Positions 60,746-64,000 of a DNA stretch of 64,000 nucleotides are shown here, piece after piece. Under the pieces are notes generated by a model. The model was not told where the DNA came from. It searched no databases and saw only the letters and a program-made list of their open reading frames with translations. The stretch comes from a virus (Duplodnaviria; Caudoviricetes). Position 1 is the stretch's first letter, and each line of letters starts with the position of its first letter. The DNA is taken from IMG/VR virus record IMGVR_UViG_3300010413_001187, positions 2,131-66,130 of that record. One strand, given 5' to 3'. Made by a program: the position numbers and the translations under genes.

Positions 60746-60899
60746 AGGAGGCTACGAAGATTGTTTTGCAAGAGGCTACGAAGATTGTACAGAGGAAGAA
60801 TGCCTGTATAGATTAGCCTGTCAAAAAGCACATATTCAGGAATGGCAAGGAACAGTAATAGATGGTAGCGGAGACGGAAAAATTTATCCCATCTTTTAA
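60603..60899 (+). CDS. Cys-rich putative zinc-binding protein
   Basis: CLFC, SHGICPVC, DCFA...DC....CLYR..C. Confidence 0.55.
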   Translation: MNQLKYQCLFCGVQWGNPAAGEDQISHGICPVCVRINHTELIRKHQIKGGYEDCFARGYEDCTEEECLYRLACQKAHIQEWQGTVIDGSGDGKIYPIF

Positions 60900-61503
60900 G
60901 AGGGAAACGCAATTAGCAAAAGAAGGCTATAATCTAATAGCCGGTGTAGATGAAGCTGGTTTAGGGCCTTTGGCTGGACCGGTGGTGGCTGCAGCGGTAT
61001 CTTTTGATTTGTCTAATTTCAAGAAAATAAAAAATCTAAATGATTCAAAACAATTAACAGAAAAACAAAGAGAAGAATTATTTCCAATCATCTATAATGA
61101 GGCTAAGAGTATTGGAGTCGGAATAATTTCAGTTAAAATTATAGACATTATCAATATATATTGGGCTGGTAGGCAAGCCATGATCGAAGCAATTAAAAAT
61201 ATGTACTTAGCACCAGATTATTTATTGATAGATGGGAATAAACCCCTTAAAATAGATATAGCACAAGAAAGTATAGTAAAAGGAGACAGTAAAGTATTAT
61301 CTATAGCCGCAGCTAGTATTATAGCTAAGGTTACACGAGATAGACTTATGATAAAATATCATGAAGTATATCCCGAATATGATTTTATAAATAATAAAGG
61401 ATACAGAACACCTAAACATTTAGCTGCACTGGAAGAATACGGAATCACTCCTATTCATAGACGCAGTTATAAAGATGTACAAAGGTGTATGGAGGCACAA
61501 TGA
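60862..61503 (+). CDS. rnhB: Ribonuclease HII
   Basis: AGVDEAGLGPLAGPVVAAAV, DSKQL, LIDGN, KGDS...SIAAASIIAKVTRD, KGY.T..H. Confidence 0.95.
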   Translation: MVAETEKFIPSFKRETQLAKEGYNLIAGVDEAGLGPLAGPVVAAAVSFDLSNFKKIKNLNDSKQLTEKQREELFPIIYNEAKSIGVGIISVKIIDIINIYWAGRQAMIEAIKNMYLAPDYLLIDGNKPLKIDIAQESIVKGDSKVLSIAAASIIAKVTRDRLMIKYHEVYPEYDFINNKGYRTPKHLAALEEYGITPIHRRSYKDVQRCMEAQ

Positions 61504-62249
61504 TAGAAAGAAAATGGGGTTGGAAGAAAGATTTACCTGATCCTAGAGATCCTAAGTATAGGGCACCAAGAATAGCTATCCCGGCACATGTCGATCTAAG
61601 GAGCGGTTGTTCACCTGTAGAAGACCAAGGAAATCTAGGAAGTTGTACAGCAAACGCTTTAGCTGGAGCATTAGAGTTTTTAGAAATTAAAAACAAAGTT
61701 CCTTTCAAAGATTTTAGCAGATTAATGTTATATTTTGCTGAGAGAGAACAAGAGGGTACAATACATGAAGATGGTGGTGCCATGCTTCGTACTGGAGTTA
61801 AAGTCTTAGAGCAACAAGGAGTATGTTACGAAACTACATGGCCATACCTCATCGAAAATTTTGATGTCAAACCTGACAAGAAAAGTTATAAAGAAGCTGA
61901 AGAACACCAGATAACCTCTTATCAGAGAATAGACACTATAGGGCAATTATTTTCTTGTTTAGCTAGTGGATATCCTATCGCATTTGGATTCGTTGTCTTC
62001 GATTTTGTTAAATCTGAAGAAGTAGCTAAGTCAGGAATATTGCCTATGCCAACAGACCCAGAAGCACAAGCATTAGGAGGCCACGCTGTTCTTATGGTTG
62101 GTTATGATATGAAAGCAGAACATTTCATTATAAGAAACTCATGGGGTCCCGAATGGGGAGATAAAGGTTATTTCTATATGCCTTTTGGTTATATAGAGGA
62201 AGGATTTTGCGCAGACTTCTGGACTATACGAAAAGGTGAAGGAATGTAG
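61500..62249 (+). CDS. Papain-family (C1A, xylellain-like) cysteine peptidase
   Basis: DQGNLGSCTANA (Cys), GGHAV (His), RNSWG (Asn); N-terminal GW..DLPDPRD. Confidence 0.92.
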   Translation: MIERKWGWKKDLPDPRDPKYRAPRIAIPAHVDLRSGCSPVEDQGNLGSCTANALAGALEFLEIKNKVPFKDFSRLMLYFAEREQEGTIHEDGGAMLRTGVKVLEQQGVCYETTWPYLIENFDVKPDKKSYKEAEEHQITSYQRIDTIGQLFSCLASGYPIAFGFVVFDFVKSEEVAKSGILPMPTDPEAQALGGHAVLMVGYDMKAEHFIIRNSWGPEWGDKGYFYMPFGYIEEGFCADFWTIRKGEGM

Positions 62250-62418
62250 TATGTGTTGTAATGGTCATTACTTTATAGGAGAAGATGTATCTAAAGAAAT
62301 CATATATGATGAAAATGGTGAAGTAAAAATGATAATTACTACTTATTCTGGACCATTAAAAAAGGTTTATTTCCCATGTAAGGAGAGCAACAAATGCGAA
62401 CCCCAGAAGAAAGATTAG
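62236..62418 (+). CDS. Small hypothetical protein
   Basis: Short ORF in the gene run; true start may be 62251. Confidence 0.4.
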   Translation: MKECSMCCNGHYFIGEDVSKEIIYDENGEVKMIITTYSGPLKKVYFPCKESNKCEPQKKD

Positions 62419-62591
62419 CAGAACTTTATGACAAATGTCGTAAACTGATTAAGGAGCCTATACCCTGTGGTGGTCCAAGGGATATGTATCTTGAAGCTCT
62501 TGAGCGTAAGTCTAAAAGAGCATTAGAGATGGCCAAATTTCTGTATGAAAAGGAATTGGAAGATGGATGCAATAGTGATATGCGGCGGTAA
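62394..62591 (+). CDS. Small hypothetical protein
   Basis: 65-aa ORF with AAGGAG RBS. Confidence 0.55.
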   Translation: MRTPEERLAELYDKCRKLIKEPIPCGGPRDMYLEALERKSKRALEMAKFLYEKELEDGCNSDMRR

Positions 62592-63342
62592 GGCAACTAG
62601 ATTAAGATCGATTACCAAAGATGAAATACCAAAGATTATGGTTCCAATAAAAGGGGTTACTCTTTTCTTAGACTATTTTATAAAAAATTTGTATAATCTA
62701 GGTGTTAGAAATATAATCTTTGCAGCTGGATTTAGAGCAGACCAACTAGAATATGAATTAGAACTAATGGAAAGAGTATCTAAAGGATATTTATTTCCTA
62801 GATGTTATGTAGCTAAGGAAGATGAGCCTTTAGATACAGGCGGCGCTGTACTTAATGCAATGAATACTTTTCCGTTACATAGCAATCCTTTCATAATAAT
62901 TAATGGTGATACATTGGCCTTATTCAGAGATGCTGAATGTTTAGAAGAAATATATTATACTAACAATTGTTATTTTAGACCTAAATGTTTAATATTAGGA
63001 AAATATATGGAACATGATGGACGTTATGGTACAATAGATCATATGCCTTCATATAGGCAAGTAGATGGTATATTGCCACCAACAAACACACCTAGCAAAG
63101 GGATTATTAATTCTGGCTGGTACTTTTTTAGAAGAGAATTCTTTGATCCTTATAAAGCGAAAAAAGGAAGCAAGCTATATGATGCTAGTAAGCGATCTCT
63201 GGACAATGACATAATTGAGAGTAAATGCCATGGGATAGAACAACCTGAATATACGGATGATTTCACATTTGAATTTCTAGAAATAGGAACACCAAATGCT
63301 TTGGAGGAAACTAAAAAAAGATTAGCACTAGGAGTATATTAA
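62563..63342 (+). CDS. Sugar-phosphate nucleotidyltransferase (HddC-like)
   Basis: CGGKATRL......PK.M, EDEPLDTGGA, INGDT, INSGWY, EIGTP. Confidence 0.85.
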   Translation: MDAIVICGGKATRLRSITKDEIPKIMVPIKGVTLFLDYFIKNLYNLGVRNIIFAAGFRADQLEYELELMERVSKGYLFPRCYVAKEDEPLDTGGAVLNAMNTFPLHSNPFIIINGDTLALFRDAECLEEIYYTNNCYFRPKCLILGKYMEHDGRYGTIDHMPSYRQVDGILPPTNTPSKGIINSGWYFFRREFFDPYKAKKGSKLYDASKRSLDNDIIESKCHGIEQPEYTDDFTFEFLEIGTPNALEETKKRLALGVY

Positions 63343-63343
63343 A

Positions 63344-64000
63344 ATGATTATTTCAAGCTGTCCTACAAGGATCAGTCTTGGCTCGGCTGATCATAGCCCC
63401 TTCGCTGAGAGATGGGGCGGAATAGCTTTGAACTTTTGTATTAATAAGAGAGTCTATGTATTTAGAGAGATTTAAATATAGGATCTCGTATTCAAAAACA
63501 GAGTTGTGTAATTCAATAGATGAAATAGAAAATTCCATAGTAAGAGGCGCACTAGATATGCTTGATATGGATATGCCTTTGGAGATAATCTATTCATCTG
63601 ATGTTCCTACTAGACTTGGTTTAGGCACAAGTAGTTCATTTACTTTAGCGATGCTGAAAGGATTATATATGTTAAGGAATGCATCAATCTGTCATGAGAT
63701 ATTGGCAGATAAAGCTTATAAATTAGAGAGAATTAATCTTAAGGAGGCTGGAGGATTTCAAGATCAATATAGTTGCTTTGGCGGAATAAATTATCTCACT
63801 GGTAGCCCACCTGATGTTAGACGAAGATCTATTCCATTGGGGCCTGAACAAGCTAAAGATATGGAACAACATATGTTACTGATATATACCGGTAAACAAG
63901 GTAATTCACCAGAAGTATTATCAGATCAATTAAAGAAGCTAAAGAAAGGTAAAACTCTTGAGGAAACAATAAAGATAAAGAGACTAGTTGAAGAGATGTT
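63344..64000 (+). pseudogene. GHMP kinase (HddA, heptose-7-phosphate kinase-like), split by a frameshift and truncated by the window end
   Basis: Frame 1: MIISSCPTRISLG...INKRVYVFREI* (stop 63473-63475). Frame +1 continues KYRISYSKTE...SDVPTRLGLGTSSSF...GFQDQY..FGGIN...LIYTG. Confidence 0.75.

Noticed and set aside
60748-60788. 17-bp direct repeat GAGGCTACGAAGATTGT (two copies)
   Set aside because: Only two copies at a 24-nt in-frame period encoding GYEDC twice; a small coding duplication, not an att site or array
2517-63538. All minus-strand ORFs and short alternative-frame ORFs in the track (e.g. 30379-30975, 56082-56561, 35623-35910)
   Set aside because: They overlap well-supported + strand genes and have no recognisable motifs; shadow ORFs
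1-64000. CRISPR array, tRNA/rRNA, IS/transposase, integrase, reverse transcriptase/DGR
   Set aside because: No intergenic space large enough, no repeat-spacer pattern and no such protein motifs seen
1-64000. Stop-codon reassignment (code 15 or 4) as in some large phages
   Set aside because: Code 11 already gives near-complete coding density, and genes end sensibly at TAG and TGA (e.g. dnaN at TAG, rnhB at TGA)
37816-64000. Ordinary bacterial O-antigen/capsule locus
   Set aside because: No flippase, polymerase, ABC exporter or priming transferase in the window; interleaved with phage-type small ORFs and a DUF5662-like gene. Such genes outside the window cannot be excluded
1-64000. Apparent CpG under-representation
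   Set aside because: Impression from spot checks only; it may reflect AGA-biased Arg codons and low GC. Needs a computed dinucleotide odds ratio

Overview
An AT-rich, almost gap-free window coded entirely on the + strand, with GGAG/GGAGG ribosome-binding sites and many TAATG/ATGA stop-start overlaps. It is best read as part of a large (jumbo-type) bacteriophage genome; this is an inference, since no capsid or terminase gene is in the window. There are three blocks. (1) 1-29.2 kb: very large, probably virion-structural proteins with LamG, discoidin and Ig-like modules, a head-tail adaptor-like protein, a 3396-aa orphan and a His-repeat protein. (2) 29.2-37.8 kb: a bacterial-style replication/recombination module (beta-clamp, RecA, endonuclease, DnaB, DnaG, an inverted SSB, DnaJ, RuvC, Sm/Hfq-like). 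(3) 37.8-64 kb: a ~26-kb glycan island with 7 glycosyltransferases, 5 SDR nucleotide-sugar enzymes, 5 methyltransferases, 3 sulfotransferases plus APS kinase, amino- and acetyltransferases and heptose enzymes, but no recognisable flippase, polymerase or priming transferase. The lead hypothesis is a virus-encoded, cytoplasmic system that builds sulfated and methylated glycans, possibly on the x-x-Ser-Gly motifs that recur in the neighbouring structural proteins. All family calls are by-eye motif recognition; no searches were run.
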